A stretch of DNA of 64,000 bases from Myxococcota bacterium (lineage in GTDB: Bacteria > Myxococcota_A > UBA9160 > SZUA-336). The notes under the pieces are model-generated. The model was not told the origin of the DNA. It was given only the letters and a program-made list of their open reading frames with translations, and did not search any database. The stretch covers positions 1,728,001 through 1,792,000 of the forward strand of contig CBDFGR010000002.1 in assembly GCA_965247115.1 (NCBI GenBank). Direction: 5' to 3'. The translations under genes were made by a program, and so were the position numbers. This document shows positions 40,400 through 50,313 of the stretch, in pieces; within the stretch, counting starts at the first letter, position 1, and each line of letters begins with the position of its first letter.

Positions 40400-42046
40400 G
40401 TGAGCAGCTCCCCGGCGCTCCCGCACGCTGCGGACGTGATCGTGATCGGCGGCGGGCCCGGTGGCTCAACCGCCGCCACCATGCTGGCGCGCAAGGGGCT
40501 GCGCGTTCTTCTCTTCGAGAAGGAGCAGTTCCCCCGGGGCCACGTAGGCGAGTCACTCCTGCCAGCGAGCCTTCCGATCCTCGAAGAGCTGGGCGCCCTC
40601 CCCGCCGTACAGGCCGAGGGCTTCGTCGAGAAGTGGGGTGCGACCATGGTCTGGGGCAACAGCGCCGAGCCCTGGAGCTGGTACTTCCGCGAGACGAGCG
40701 AACGCTACCCCCACTCCTACCAGGTGTGGCGCCCGCGCTTCGACCAGCTCCTGCTCGAGAACGCGCGCAGCTCGGGTGTGGACGTGCGCGAGGGACAGCG
40801 CGTGCATGAGGTCGTGTTCGAGAACGATCGCGCCACGGGTATCCGCAGCGTCGACGCGAACGGAAGAGCCGCCGAAGCCACGGCCGCCTTCGTTGTGGAC
40901 GCGAGCGGGCAATCCGCTCTGCTCGGAAGCAAGCTGGGACTGCGGCGCTGGGATTCGTTCTTCCGCAACCTCGCGATCTATGCCTACGTGAGCGGCGCGG
41001 AACGGCTGGATCCCCCGGACTCGGGCAACATCTTCATCGAGTCCACCCCGCACGGCTGGTTCTGGCAGATCCCGCTTCAGTCCGGCTGGACGAGCGTTGG
41101 GGTAGTCGTCGACCGCGAGCGCGCGCACTCGAGCATCAGCGAGCAGGGGGTCGACGGCTTCTTTCGCACGCAGCTCGCGCAAGCACCCCGCACCGCGGCG
41201 ATGCTCCGCGCGGCGGAGAGGGAGGCCGGTCCGTTCGTCGTCCGGGACTGGTCGTATCGTTCCGAACGGCTCGTGGGCGACGGCTACATCCTCGTGGGAG
41301 ATGCCGCCTGTTTCGTCGATCCGCTGTTCTCCTCGGGAGTCCACCTGGCCATGTCGTCCGGAGTGCTGGCCGCCGCGTACGTGACCTCCGCACTTCGAGA
41401 TCCCTCGCTGCGCGAAGCAGCAGCGGAGACCTACACGGAGCTCTACACCACCCAGTATGAACACTTCCACCAGCTGGCCAAGCTCTTCTACTCGTCGAAC
41501 CGCAACCGCGAGTCCTACTTCTGGGAGGCGCGCAGACTGCTCGAGGACGACGCAGCGCTCTCTCCCCGGCACGCCTTCATCCGGGCGGTAGCGGGACAGC
41601 CGCCCCAAGGCTACGAGCGAGCAGTCCTGGATCGGGGCGAGGCCCCTACGGTCTTTCACGAGAACGTGCGCGCAGTGGAATCCCAGCGTGCGCAACGTCG
41701 AAGGGAGCTCGGGCGCCTGGAGGCCGTGGGGGACGGTCTGCGCGACCTCGTTCCCAGGCTCGTCCCGGACCTGCGCGTCGAGCGCAGGCCCGTGTTGGGG
41801 GAGGGAGAGTTCGTCTGGGGTGAGGTGATCCTCTGCGCCGAGCGCTCCGACACGACTCCGTGTAGCCCGCTCGTCTCCGCCATGCTCGGGCTCGTCGACG
41901 GGCGTCGCTCACTGGCGGAGATCGAAGCTCTCCTCGCGGAAGGTCTGGAGGCAACCCCCAGCGGCCAGCTCGCTACCTACCTCGCCGGCGCCACGCGTGT
42001 CCTCTACGTGGATGGGCTGATCGCGGAGCTCCGTACGCCGTCCTGA
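40400..42046 (+). CDS. Flavin-dependent halogenase family protein (CmlS-like)
   Basis: GGGPGG, FPR.HVGESL, Lys in FVEKWG, WxWxIP (GWFWQIP), GDAACFVDPLFSSGVHLA. Confidence 0.85.
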   Translation: MSSSPALPHAADVIVIGGGPGGSTAATMLARKGLRVLLFEKEQFPRGHVGESLLPASLPILEELGALPAVQAEGFVEKWGATMVWGNSAEPWSWYFRETSERYPHSYQVWRPRFDQLLLENARSSGVDVREGQRVHEVVFENDRATGIRSVDANGRAAEATAAFVVDASGQSALLGSKLGLRRWDSFFRNLAIYAYVSGAERLDPPDSGNIFIESTPHGWFWQIPLQSGWTSVGVVVDRERAHSSISEQGVDGFFRTQLAQAPRTAAMLRAAEREAGPFVVRDWSYRSERLVGDGYILVGDAACFVDPLFSSGVHLAMSSGVLAAAYVTSALRDPSLREAAAETYTELYTTQYEHFHQLAKLFYSSNRNRESYFWEARRLLEDDAALSPRHAFIRAVAGQPPQGYERAVLDRGEAPTVFHENVRAVESQRAQRRRELGRLEAVGDGLRDLVPRLVPDLRVERRPVLGEGEFVWGEVILCAERSDTTPCSPLVSAMLGLVDGRRSLAEIEALLAEGLEATPSGQLATYLAGATRVLYVDGLIAELRTPS

Positions 42047-42067
42047 TCGATCCGCAAGACCTGCCGC

Positions 42068-42598
42068 TCAGGCGGAGCGCAGGTCGAGTTCGGGCTGGGT
42101 TAGCGCACCCTCGTGATGGAGCAGCCATTCCTTCATCGGGAGACCGCCACCGTAGCCAGTGAGGCTCCCGTCCGCGCCTATCACGCGATGGCAGGGGATG
42201 ATCACACCGATCGGATTCCGCCCGTTCGCCATCCCAACGGCTCTCGACGCAGAGGGTCGTTCGATCTGGCGCGCGAGCTCGCCGTAGCTCGTCGTCTCCC
42301 CGTAGGGGATGCGGAGCAGCTGTTGCCATACGCGCAGCTGGAAGGATGTACCTGCGGGGGCGAGCACGAGCTCATCAAAGCTCTTGCGTCGTCCTTCGAA
42401 ATACTCGCCCAGCGCAGACAGGGCAGCGGCGAGATGTCCGAGAGCGTCGGGGTCCGGGTCCGGGGGGTCGTGTGGGATCTTCTTCGAGCCGTCGACCTGA
42501 ACGTGGGTGAGTCCGCGCGCGCTGGCGCGGAGAGTCAATCTTCCGACCGGGGTCTCCATGCTCTGTTCTGCGATGGGGTTCGAGCTTTGGGGGTTCAA
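42068..42598 (-). CDS. ogt: Methylated-DNA--protein-cysteine methyltransferase
   Basis: GTSFQLRVW, IPYGETTSYGELA, PCHRVIG active site; TTGA overlap with the alkA stop. Confidence 0.94.
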   Translation of the reverse strand: MNPQSSNPIAEQSMETPVGRLTLRASARGLTHVQVDGSKKIPHDPPDPDPDALGHLAAALSALGEYFEGRRKSFDELVLAPAGTSFQLRVWQQLLRIPYGETTSYGELARQIERPSASRAVGMANGRNPIGVIIPCHRVIGADGSLTGYGGGLPMKEWLLHHEGALTQPELDLRSA

Positions 42599-44076
42599 CG
42601 CGTGCTCCTTGTGTTCGGGCTGGGTTTCTCGGCGAGGCTGGCCCACAGCCACATGGCGGCATACGCGCGCCAGGGCCGCCAGCACTCCGATCTTCTGGCG
42701 AGGGCCGCCGCGCTCAGGCGCGCGCCGGGGAGCGCGCTGCGCAGGCCCAGATCACTCGCGGGGAAAGCGTCCGGCTCGCCGAGGGCGCGCATGGCGATGT
42801 ACTGTACGGTCCAGTCGCCGATGCCGGGGATCTCCAGCAGCGCCTGTCTGACATCCTCCGTTCGCACTACACCGTAAAGCGCCAGTTTTCCGGCCGAAAC
42901 GTCGCTGGCGAGCCGGCGGATTGTTGCGGCTCGAGCGCGGGGGATGCCGATGCTCGACACGTCCGCCTCGGCGAGCACCTCGGGAGTGGGGAAAAGATGC
43001 GTCAATGGCGCGAGCCCACACTCGCCGAGGGGTTTGCCAAAGCCGCGAACCAGCCGGCCGGCGAGCGTCGTCGCCCCTTTCACGGTGACCTGCTGGCCAA
43101 GTACGGCGCGGACCGCAAGCTCGAAGGGATCCCAGGCGCCGGGGATGCGAATACCGGGCCTCTTCTCGACGAGCCGAGTCAGCTCGGGGTCCTGCGTGAG
43201 GTCGGTGGCGATTTGAAGGGGGTTCGCCCGGAGGTCGAAGATGCGGCGGACCCCCTCCACCACGCCTCCGAGTCCCGAGGTCTCTCGGATGCGCACGCGG
43301 AGGACCAGCTGGGCTACCTTCGGATCCGGCCGAACCTCGAGCATTCCCACGACGCCGTCGAGTTCGATGGCCCGCCGGTAGCGGGTGCCATCCACGGACT
43401 CGACGCCAGGAATGGTTCTGGGCCCAAGGAACCCCAGCAGAGCGCCCCAGTCCAGCGGAGGGCGGTAGGCGAGCTTGATCGCAATCTCGCCTTCCGCGGA
43501 TTCCCCCCTCCGCCCCGCAGCCTCGCGGCGCAGCTGACTCGGGGGCCGGCCGAAGCTCGCCCGGATGGCCTGGTTGAACTGCCTGACACTCCCAAACCCC
43601 GAGGCCAGGGCGACCTCGGACATCGGCAGCTCCGTGTCGTCGATGAGACCGCGCGCGAAGTGCGTGCGACGCGTGCGCGCCACGGCCACGGGGGTGGTGC
43701 CGAGATGGCGCGTGAACAGCCGGCGTAGCTGGCGGGGTCCCAGTCCCAGCCGCTCAGCGAGGGCGTCCGCCTTCTGGGGCGCAATCGACCCCGTCGAGAT
43801 CAAGCGCAGCGCCCGCGACACGGTCGTGGAGCTACCGACCCAGGCCGGGCTACCGGGCGCGGCCTCCGGCCTGCAGCGGCGGCACGCCCGAAATCCCGCT
43901 GCCTCCGCCGCGGCGGCGCTGGGATAGAAGCGCACGTTCTCGCGCTTCGGCCCGACCACCGGACAGATGGGCCGGCAGTAGATGCCGGTGGTCACGACGC
44001 AACTGAAGAAGAGACCATCGAACCGACGATCCCGACTCCGCGACGCCCGCCAGCAGATCTCCTCGTCCAGCTGCAT
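42595..44076 (-). CDS. alkA: Ada-AlkA fusion (Ada Zn domain, AraC HTH, 3-methyladenine glycosylase)
   Basis: TTGIYCRPIC, GFRACRRCRP, GFGSVRQFN, LGQQVTV, IPGIGDWT, WRPWRAYA. Confidence 0.93.
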   Translation of the reverse strand: MQLDEEICWRASRSRDRRFDGLFFSCVVTTGIYCRPICPVVGPKRENVRFYPSAAAAEAAGFRACRRCRPEAAPGSPAWVGSSTTVSRALRLISTGSIAPQKADALAERLGLGPRQLRRLFTRHLGTTPVAVARTRRTHFARGLIDDTELPMSEVALASGFGSVRQFNQAIRASFGRPPSQLRREAAGRRGESAEGEIAIKLAYRPPLDWGALLGFLGPRTIPGVESVDGTRYRRAIELDGVVGMLEVRPDPKVAQLVLRVRIRETSGLGGVVEGVRRIFDLRANPLQIATDLTQDPELTRLVEKRPGIRIPGAWDPFELAVRAVLGQQVTVKGATTLAGRLVRGFGKPLGECGLAPLTHLFPTPEVLAEADVSSIGIPRARAATIRRLASDVSAGKLALYGVVRTEDVRQALLEIPGIGDWTVQYIAMRALGEPDAFPASDLGLRSALPGARLSAAALARRSECWRPWRAYAAMWLWASLAEKPSPNTRSTR

Positions 44077-44130
44077 GACCAGAGTGTAAGGTCCGGGAAG
44101 TCCAGCGCTGGCTATTTTCGGACCTCACTT

Positions 44131-44185
44131 CTTGTTGGACCCCGCCCTCGGACGGCGTGTGTGCCCAAGTTCGAGCCCAAGTTCG
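44131..44185. repeat. Possible degenerate R1/R2 repeat remnant
   Basis: cttgttggacccc resembles the R1 5' end; tandem cccaagttcg (44164, 44176) is the reverse complement of cgaacttggg at 29461. Confidence 0.4.
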
Positions 44186-45095
44186 CCGATGGGGCGGCGT
44201 GAGGGACGCTCGGGTCAAGCTCTCGGGGCATCGGGGCGTGAGTGTGGTGCCCGTGCAGGGTTGGCGGGCGGTGCTGTTTGGCTTGCCGTTCGTGGTCTGT
44301 GGGGTCGGAGCTGCGATCCTCGCGTCTCTCGGGCTGGGGTCGAGTGAGGCTCCGCCCGAGCTGGTGGTGCTGGGCGGGGTTGTCTTCGCGCTGGGCGGCG
44401 TCGTGCTGATGGTTCACGGCGTGCGGGGCCTGGGGCGCGGCAGGCGGCTGCATGCCGCGCAGGCACTTCGTCCGCACGAGCCGTGGGCGTGGGATTACGA
44501 CTGGGATACACGCGGCATCGACGCGCGCGGCTCGCGCGCGCTGCCTCGCTGGGGAGCTGCGAGCGCGGCGGCCACGCTTCTGCTCGTCCCGCTGCACCTC
44601 GGTCTGTTCGACCTCTCGCGTGGTGCGCTGGTGCTACCGCTCTGGCTTGCAGTCGTGGACCTGGGATGGGTCGTCACCCTGGTCTGGACGGCGCGCGTGG
44701 CGTTGCAGCGCCGCAGATTCGGCTCCCCCAGGCTCGGCTTTGCGCACTTCCCGTTCCGAGCGGGCGAGGTGCTTGAAGTCTACGTGGAGGGGGCGCGAGG
44801 CCTCGAGGCCCTGGAGCAGCTGGACTGCAGCCTGCGCTTCATCGAGGAGCAGTACGAAACGACCGGGAGCAACGGGGCCTACGAGGTGAACTCCTACCAG
44901 CTCTACTGCGACGAGCGCTCGCTCGAGCTGCGAATGTCCGGGCCGATCCAGCTGCGCTTCTCGCTACCGGAGTCTTCCTTCGCGACGCGTCTCAGCGCAC
45001 GCCCCGCCCGCTACTGGGAGCTCGCGTTGCGCGGCGGGGCCAAGGGCATCGACTTCTCCGCCAGCTTCGTGCTGCCGATCTACGAGAAGGCCTGA
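44157..45095 (+). CDS. Hypothetical membrane protein
   Basis: Four TM segments plus a soluble C-terminal domain; start uncertain, probably downstream of 44157. Confidence 0.7.
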   Translation: MCAQVRAQVRRWGGVRDARVKLSGHRGVSVVPVQGWRAVLFGLPFVVCGVGAAILASLGLGSSEAPPELVVLGGVVFALGGVVLMVHGVRGLGRGRRLHAAQALRPHEPWAWDYDWDTRGIDARGSRALPRWGAASAAATLLLVPLHLGLFDLSRGALVLPLWLAVVDLGWVVTLVWTARVALQRRRFGSPRLGFAHFPFRAGEVLEVYVEGARGLEALEQLDCSLRFIEEQYETTGSNGAYEVNSYQLYCDERSLELRMSGPIQLRFSLPESSFATRLSARPARYWELALRGGAKGIDFSASFVLPIYEKA

Positions 45096-45099
45096 CTCG

Positions 45100-46581
45100 T
45101 CAGCGAGCCAGGTTCGCCGCGGCTTTGCGCAGGGCGGCCTTGTCGATCTTCTTGCTTCCAGCGAGCGGCATATCGTTGATGAAGAGTACGTGCCGGGGGT
45201 GCTGGTAGGCAGGACCGTTCTCGAGCGCGAGCTTCTTCACGTCGCTCTCATCCAGGCTCGGCCCGGCGCCGCGGACAACGAAGGCCACCGGGATCTGGCC
45301 CTTGATGGGATCGTCGACGGGGACGACGGCTGCCTGCTGGATGCCGGGATGCCGCTCCAGCAAGGACTCCAGCTCGCCGGGATACACGTTCTCTCCTCCG
45401 CAGTTGAACATGTCGTCGACCCGTCCCACGAAGAAGTGGAAGCCGTTCGCATCCCTCCGCATCACGTCGCCCGTCCTGTACCAGCCCTTACCGAGCGCTT
45501 GATGGGTTGCATCTTCCAGGTTCAGGTAACCATCCATGAGACCCGGGCTGCGGATCCAGAGCTCGCCTTCGTTGTCACTCGCTCCGCCCACGAGGCGGGT
45601 CTCCACGTTGGGAAGCGGGTAGCCCAGCGAGATCGGCGGTGTCGGCTTGCGCTCCGGATGCATGCCGAACGCGGCGGGTCCGCTCTCGGTGGTGCCGTAG
45701 CCGTTCGCGATGGTCGCGTTCGGAAAGACGCCCTGCACCTCCTCGAGCAGCGCGTCGGTGAGCGGGGCCGAGCCGATCGTGATGCGCTGCACGCAGGAGA
45801 GGTCGCAACGGGCCAGTAGCTCCTTTTCCCTCACGACGAGGGCGTACATGGTCGGGACACCGCCAATCAACGTGCAGCGATGCTCGGCGATCGCCTGGAT
45901 GTAGTCGACCGCCGTGAAGCGCGGCAGCAGCACGATCCCGGCGCCCATCATGAGAGCCAGCTTGGAGGAGAACATGCCGTTCTTGTGGTAGAGCGGGGCC
46001 GCCACCAGCATGCGGTGGTCGGGCGGGATGAACTGCGGGGATGGCGCCAGCGCGCGCAGCGTCCAGAGCTGGCTCGCGTGGCTCTGCACCACCCCCTTCG
46101 GGCGTCCCGTCGAGCCGGAGGTGTAGAGCAGCACGCTCTCGCTCTCGTCGGAGAGCACAGCTGCGGGGAGCGATGCCCGCCCGCGATAGCTGTCGAGCTC
46201 CGTGTCGAGGTCCACCACGCGCATGCCTTCTGGGCAGAGGTCGGCGTGGTCAGCGTCGCAGAACCAGAGCTCGAGGCCGGCGTCCTCCCCGATCAATGCG
46301 ACGGTCTCGCGCGCGAGCTTGATGTTGATGGGAACGGGAACGATGCCGACCCGCAGCGCCGCGAATACGAGCTCGAGGAACTCGCCGCGATTGTGAGACA
46401 GGATTCCGAAGCGATCGCCGGCCCGGAGTCCGGCAGCCAGGAGTCCTCCAGCGAGCGCACCGCAACGGCGGTCGAGCTCGCGATAGGAGATCTCCTCCGG
46501 CTCGCCGGGCCGCGAGCGGTCGATGAGCGCGGTACCGTCCGTGTCCAGGTGCGCTGCGAGGATACCGCCGAGATTACTCAC
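45100..46581 (-). CDS. Acyl-CoA synthetase / class I adenylate-forming enzyme
   Basis: YTSGSTGRPKGV, GYGTTE, YRTGD, GRVDD, GGENVYP, KIDK. Confidence 0.94.
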   Translation of the reverse strand: MSNLGGILAAHLDTDGTALIDRSRPGEPEEISYRELDRRCGALAGGLLAAGLRAGDRFGILSHNRGEFLELVFAALRVGIVPVPINIKLARETVALIGEDAGLELWFCDADHADLCPEGMRVVDLDTELDSYRGRASLPAAVLSDESESVLLYTSGSTGRPKGVVQSHASQLWTLRALAPSPQFIPPDHRMLVAAPLYHKNGMFSSKLALMMGAGIVLLPRFTAVDYIQAIAEHRCTLIGGVPTMYALVVREKELLARCDLSCVQRITIGSAPLTDALLEEVQGVFPNATIANGYGTTESGPAAFGMHPERKPTPPISLGYPLPNVETRLVGGASDNEGELWIRSPGLMDGYLNLEDATHQALGKGWYRTGDVMRRDANGFHFFVGRVDDMFNCGGENVYPGELESLLERHPGIQQAAVVPVDDPIKGQIPVAFVVRGAGPSLDESDVKKLALENGPAYQHPRHVLFINDMPLAGSKKIDKAALRKAAANLAR

Positions 46582-47585
46582 GGGTGGACCAGGATCTTCC
46601 CGAAGAATCTTCGTTCCTCGAGCAGCTTGCAGGCCTCGATGCCGGATCTGAGTGGCAGGACGTGGTCGATCACAGGCGCGAGCTCACCGTCCTGTACGAG
46701 CTGCAGCAGAGCAAGTAGGTCCTGGCGCGTCCAGCCATTCGAACCCATCACGTTGAGCTCGCCCGTCCAGATGTAGCGGATGTCCGTCGGAGGTTCGAAG
46801 CCCGCGGTGGCACCGCAGGTCAGCAGCTTGCCTCCTCGCTTGACGCACTTGAGTGACTCCGGCCAGGTGTCGCCGCCCGTAAAGTTGATCACCACGTCGT
46901 AACCGCCGCCGCGCATCATGCCGCCGGTCCTCTCCCGGCAGTACTGGCGGAAGTCCGTCGTGGCGTAGTTGATGGTCTCGTCGGCTCCAAGCTCCACGAG
47001 CTTCGCGCACTTCTCGTCAGTGCCTGCAGCCGCGATCACGTGCGCGCCGCGCATCTTCGAGATCAGCAGAGAGCTCGTGCCGACGCCGCCGCTCGCGCTT
47101 AGGATGAGCACCGTCTGACCGGGCTGCACGTCGGCCCGCGTGATCATCATGCGATGCGACGTACCGTAGGCCACGGGCAGACACGCCGCATCATCGTCCG
47201 ATACGCCATCGGGGATAGCGATCAGCTGCGATTGGTCGACCACACAGTACTCGGCGAGCGCGCCCTTGCAGTTCTCGCCCAGCATCCGGAACTCGAAAGT
47301 CTCGGGATTCCGGTAGGCCGGGTCGACCGTGACCCGCTGTCCGATCTTCCAGCCCTCGACCCTGCCTCCGAGCTCGGCGATGCGGCCGGCGCAGTCGCCC
47401 CCGGTGATGCTCGGAAGCTCGATCTTGATCCCGGGCATGCCGCGGCGGCTGAAGATGTCGAGGTAGTTCAGCGAGCAGGCTCGCACCTCCACCAGCACCT
47501 CGCCTCGACCGACCTCCGGATCGGGAAAGCTTCCGTACTGGAGCACGTCTGCATCTCCGTGCTTCTCGAAGAAGACGGCCTTCAT
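46578..47585 (-). CDS. MDR family dehydrogenase / NAD(P)H:quinone reductase-like
   Basis: ACSLNYLD, ASGGVG, LGADETINY, CGATAG, FGKILV. Confidence 0.9.
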   Translation of the reverse strand: MKAVFFEKHGDADVLQYGSFPDPEVGRGEVLVEVRACSLNYLDIFSRRGMPGIKIELPSITGGDCAGRIAELGGRVEGWKIGQRVTVDPAYRNPETFEFRMLGENCKGALAEYCVVDQSQLIAIPDGVSDDDAACLPVAYGTSHRMMITRADVQPGQTVLILSASGGVGTSSLLISKMRGAHVIAAAGTDEKCAKLVELGADETINYATTDFRQYCRERTGGMMRGGGYDVVINFTGGDTWPESLKCVKRGGKLLTCGATAGFEPPTDIRYIWTGELNVMGSNGWTRQDLLALLQLVQDGELAPVIDHVLPLRSGIEACKLLEERRFFGKILVHP

Positions 47586-47596
47586 CTCTCTCCTCC

Positions 47597-48019
47597 TTAT
47601 CCGCTCTGGGTCCCGTAGGTGCCCCTGCCGACGGCAACGAGGCGGTCCTTGTCATCGTGCACGTCGATGTCTACCAGTGCGATCGTGCGGCCCGCGCGCC
47701 GCACGCTGGCCGTTGCCCGCAGCGACGAGTCGACAACGGGTCTCAGGTAGTCGATGCGCAGGTTGATCGTGGGCACGCCGTAGCCGAGCACCGCCCACAT
47801 CACGTACGTCCCGGCGATGTCGATCAGCGAGGCAATCGGTCCGCCGTGAACCTGCGGCACCTCCTGCATGCGCTGGTACTCGTGTCGAAACGGCAGGCGC
47901 AGCACAAGGCGCTGGGCCTCCGCATCGATCTCATCGATCTCCATTCTGAGGAACTGGTGGAACGGCGCGTGCTCGAGGAACTTCTGCAGCTGCGCCCGAT
48001 CGAGCGGCGCCCCGCTCAT
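47597..48019 (-). CDS. PaaI family thioesterase
   Basis: VHGGPIASLID, PTINLRIDYLRP, VAVGRGTY. Confidence 0.9.
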   Translation of the reverse strand: MSGAPLDRAQLQKFLEHAPFHQFLRMEIDEIDAEAQRLVLRLPFRHEYQRMQEVPQVHGGPIASLIDIAGTYVMWAVLGYGVPTINLRIDYLRPVVDSSLRATASVRRAGRTIALVDIDVHDDKDRLVAVGRGTYGTQSG

Positions 48020-48645
48020 CGCAGCTCCACGCGCCCTCTGGGCGTATCCAGCGTCGCGACGATGGCAGGCTGCGGCGCCTGCGTTACCTCGAGATCCGAG
48101 CCGATCGCGGCCAGCTGAGCGCGGACCGGCTCGGGGTCCGGATGCTCAGCGCGGACGGCCACGAGTCTACAGCCCGTCGGCGAGCCTGCCGCCGGATGCG
48201 CGGTGGCGCCCCAGTCGATCAGGAAGGGGACGAGGCCATCCCCTCCGGGTGTCTGGCTCACGGTCAGGCGCCACTCGATGCGCTCGCCCTGCGGCGTATC
48301 CCGGCCCAGGTCGAGAACCACGCCGGCGTTGTAGCCCGCCTCCCTGGCGGCGGCGACACGAGCCTCCAGCTTTGACTCCTTTGCGGCCCAGCCAGCGAGG
48401 CGATTGCCGTCGTACTCATCCAGGCCGAAGGGCCGGGCGCGGTCGGGCAGGGGCTGATCCGGGTCGGGAGCAATCACTTCCAGGTACTGGTCGTCCCCGA
48501 GCGAGAGCAGTGCGTTGTGCGTGCCCAGGCCGACGTGCTTCCCGCCGGGACTGGCGCGCACGCCGAGCCGCTTCTCCAGATACTCGATCCCGGCCCCGAG
48601 TTCGGGCACGGCGTACACCAGATGGTCAAGTCGCAGCGTGTTCAT
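48016..48645 (-). CDS. VOC family protein (glyoxalase-like, Glyoxalase_3)
   Basis: LDHLVYAVP, GGKH..GTHNALLSLG, YLEVIAPDP, PFLIDWG. Confidence 0.9.
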   Translation of the reverse strand: MNTLRLDHLVYAVPELGAGIEYLEKRLGVRASPGGKHVGLGTHNALLSLGDDQYLEVIAPDPDQPLPDRARPFGLDEYDGNRLAGWAAKESKLEARVAAAREAGYNAGVVLDLGRDTPQGERIEWRLTVSQTPGGDGLVPFLIDWGATAHPAAGSPTGCRLVAVRAEHPDPEPVRAQLAAIGSDLEVTQAPQPAIVATLDTPRGRVELR

Positions 48646-48660
48646 TTCTTTCGCTCCCTT

Positions 48661-49629
48661 CTAGATCCCGACGTGGGGCAGTACCTCGTCGCGCAGACGC
48701 TCGAACTGGCCCTCCTGATCCCACGAGGTCAGTCGCAGCGTGATGTGCTTGGCGCCCTCCCGCACGAGCGCATTCAGATCTTCGACGCACTGCTCGGGCG
48801 ATCCCGCAGCCGTCCAGGCCTCGACCGCCTCGCGTGGGAATACCGGACCATAGTATTCGACCAGAAAGCGCTCGCTCTCGTCGAGGGACTTCCCGCGGTC
48901 GGGACCGATGTTGATGTTGTGGTATGCGGCGGTCGGGAACGCGTCCGGATCGCGTCCCTGCTCGGCGAGCAGCTCCTGCAGTCTCTTCCAGCACTCTGCG
49001 AACGCGCCGGGGAAACGCTGAACCGTCATCCAGCCGTCCGCCTTGCTGGCCACGCGCTGCATCGCGCGTTCCATGAAACGGGGCGCTGGATTGGCCGCGA
49101 TCCAGATCGGGCAAGGAGCCTGCAGCGGCTGAGGGACGATGGAAACGTCTTCGAAGGAGGTGAACGTGCCTTGAAAGCTGCTTCGCTCTTCTCTCCAGAC
49201 CTGGCGACAGATCTCGATGTTTTCCTCGAGCCGAGCTGCCCGCTCGCGGTCCAACACGCCCCAGATTTCGCCCTCGGCCTTGCTCAGCCCACCGGCGACA
49301 AGACCCGTGCATGCCGCCAGCTGGGTGCGGCCGCCGGAGAAACGGTCGAGGGTGGCCCACTGGTAGGCGAAGACGAGCGGATCCCGGACCGGGAAGCTCG
49401 CCATGCAGGCGACCCCCAGGCGTAGCCGCTCGGTCTTGCCCGCCACGGCGCTCAGCAGGACCAGCGCCTCTGGTCTTGGCTTCGCCGTCAGGCTGTCCCC
49501 TACCCAGATCGTGTCGAAGAGCTCGCAGCCATCCACTTGTACGGCTGCGGCCAGCAGTCGCTCCGGACTGGTCAAGCCGAAGAAGATTCCGCGTTGGGGC
49601 AGGGTGAAGCCAAAGCTCGGTCTGTTCAT
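48661..49629 (-). CDS. LLM class flavin-dependent oxidoreductase
   Basis: DTIWVGDS, ATLDRFSGGR, PQPLQ.PCPIWIA, AGSPEQC. Confidence 0.9.
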   Translation of the reverse strand: MNRPSFGFTLPQRGIFFGLTSPERLLAAAVQVDGCELFDTIWVGDSLTAKPRPEALVLLSAVAGKTERLRLGVACMASFPVRDPLVFAYQWATLDRFSGGRTQLAACTGLVAGGLSKAEGEIWGVLDRERAARLEENIEICRQVWREERSSFQGTFTSFEDVSIVPQPLQAPCPIWIAANPAPRFMERAMQRVASKADGWMTVQRFPGAFAECWKRLQELLAEQGRDPDAFPTAAYHNINIGPDRGKSLDESERFLVEYYGPVFPREAVEAWTAAGSPEQCVEDLNALVREGAKHITLRLTSWDQEGQFERLRDEVLPHVGI

Positions 49630-49641
49630 GGGGCCTCCTGT

Positions 49642-50274
49642 TCAGCGCAGCAGAACGCGCCCGTTTGGGCTGTCGATGCTTGCGATGAGGGCCGGCGTGG
49701 TGTCGACCCGTACGTCCAGCTCGACGCCCATGGCGGCGAGCCAGCTCTGGATCTGCGGCGGATCGGGATGCAGAGCGCGCAGCTCGATCAGCGAGCACCC
49801 CCTGGCCGAGGTGAGAGCGGGGTGCGGACAGGTCCCCCAATCGATCAGGAACGGGACGAGCCCATCGCCTCCCGGTACGATCGGTCGGGCCACCCGCCAG
49901 GCGAGGTGCGTGCCGTCCGGCAGATTGCGACTCAGGGGAAAGGCGGCTCCACCGTCGTACCCGGCCCTGCGTGCGCGCCTCAGGCGCGCCTCCAGATCAC
50001 CTTCCCGCGTCGCCCAGGTGACGACACGCGGCGTGACGAGGTCGTCGATGCCGAACGGTCGCGGATTCTCCGGCTCGCCCTGGTCGGGATCGGGACCGAT
50101 CACCTCGACGTAGCTGACATCCCCGAGCGAGAAGAGGGCGTTGCGTGAGCCCCGTCCCGGGTGAGCTCCTCCGTCGCTGAGCTCGATGCCGAGCCGCTGC
50201 GCGAGCTCGTCGCACGCTTTGGCCAGGTCGGGCACGGCGTAGACCAGGTGGTCGAGGGGGGGACTTGCTGCCAT
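49642..50274 (-). CDS. VOC family protein (Glyoxalase_3), paralog of 48016-48645
   Basis: LDHLVYAVP, GGAH, YVEVIGPDP, PGGDGLVPFLIDWG. Confidence 0.9.
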   Translation of the reverse strand: MAASPPLDHLVYAVPDLAKACDELAQRLGIELSDGGAHPGRGSRNALFSLGDVSYVEVIGPDPDQGEPENPRPFGIDDLVTPRVVTWATREGDLEARLRRARRAGYDGGAAFPLSRNLPDGTHLAWRVARPIVPGGDGLVPFLIDWGTCPHPALTSARGCSLIELRALHPDPPQIQSWLAAMGVELDVRVDTTPALIASIDSPNGRVLLR

Positions 50275-50313
50275 CGGTGTTCTCTGAGCGGTACGCTCGG
50301 ATCTGGTTCAGCC

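Noticed and set aside
44107..44124. Possible Ada-type operator upstream of alkA
   Set aside because: Position is plausible, but I cannot support a consensus match from the sequence alone.
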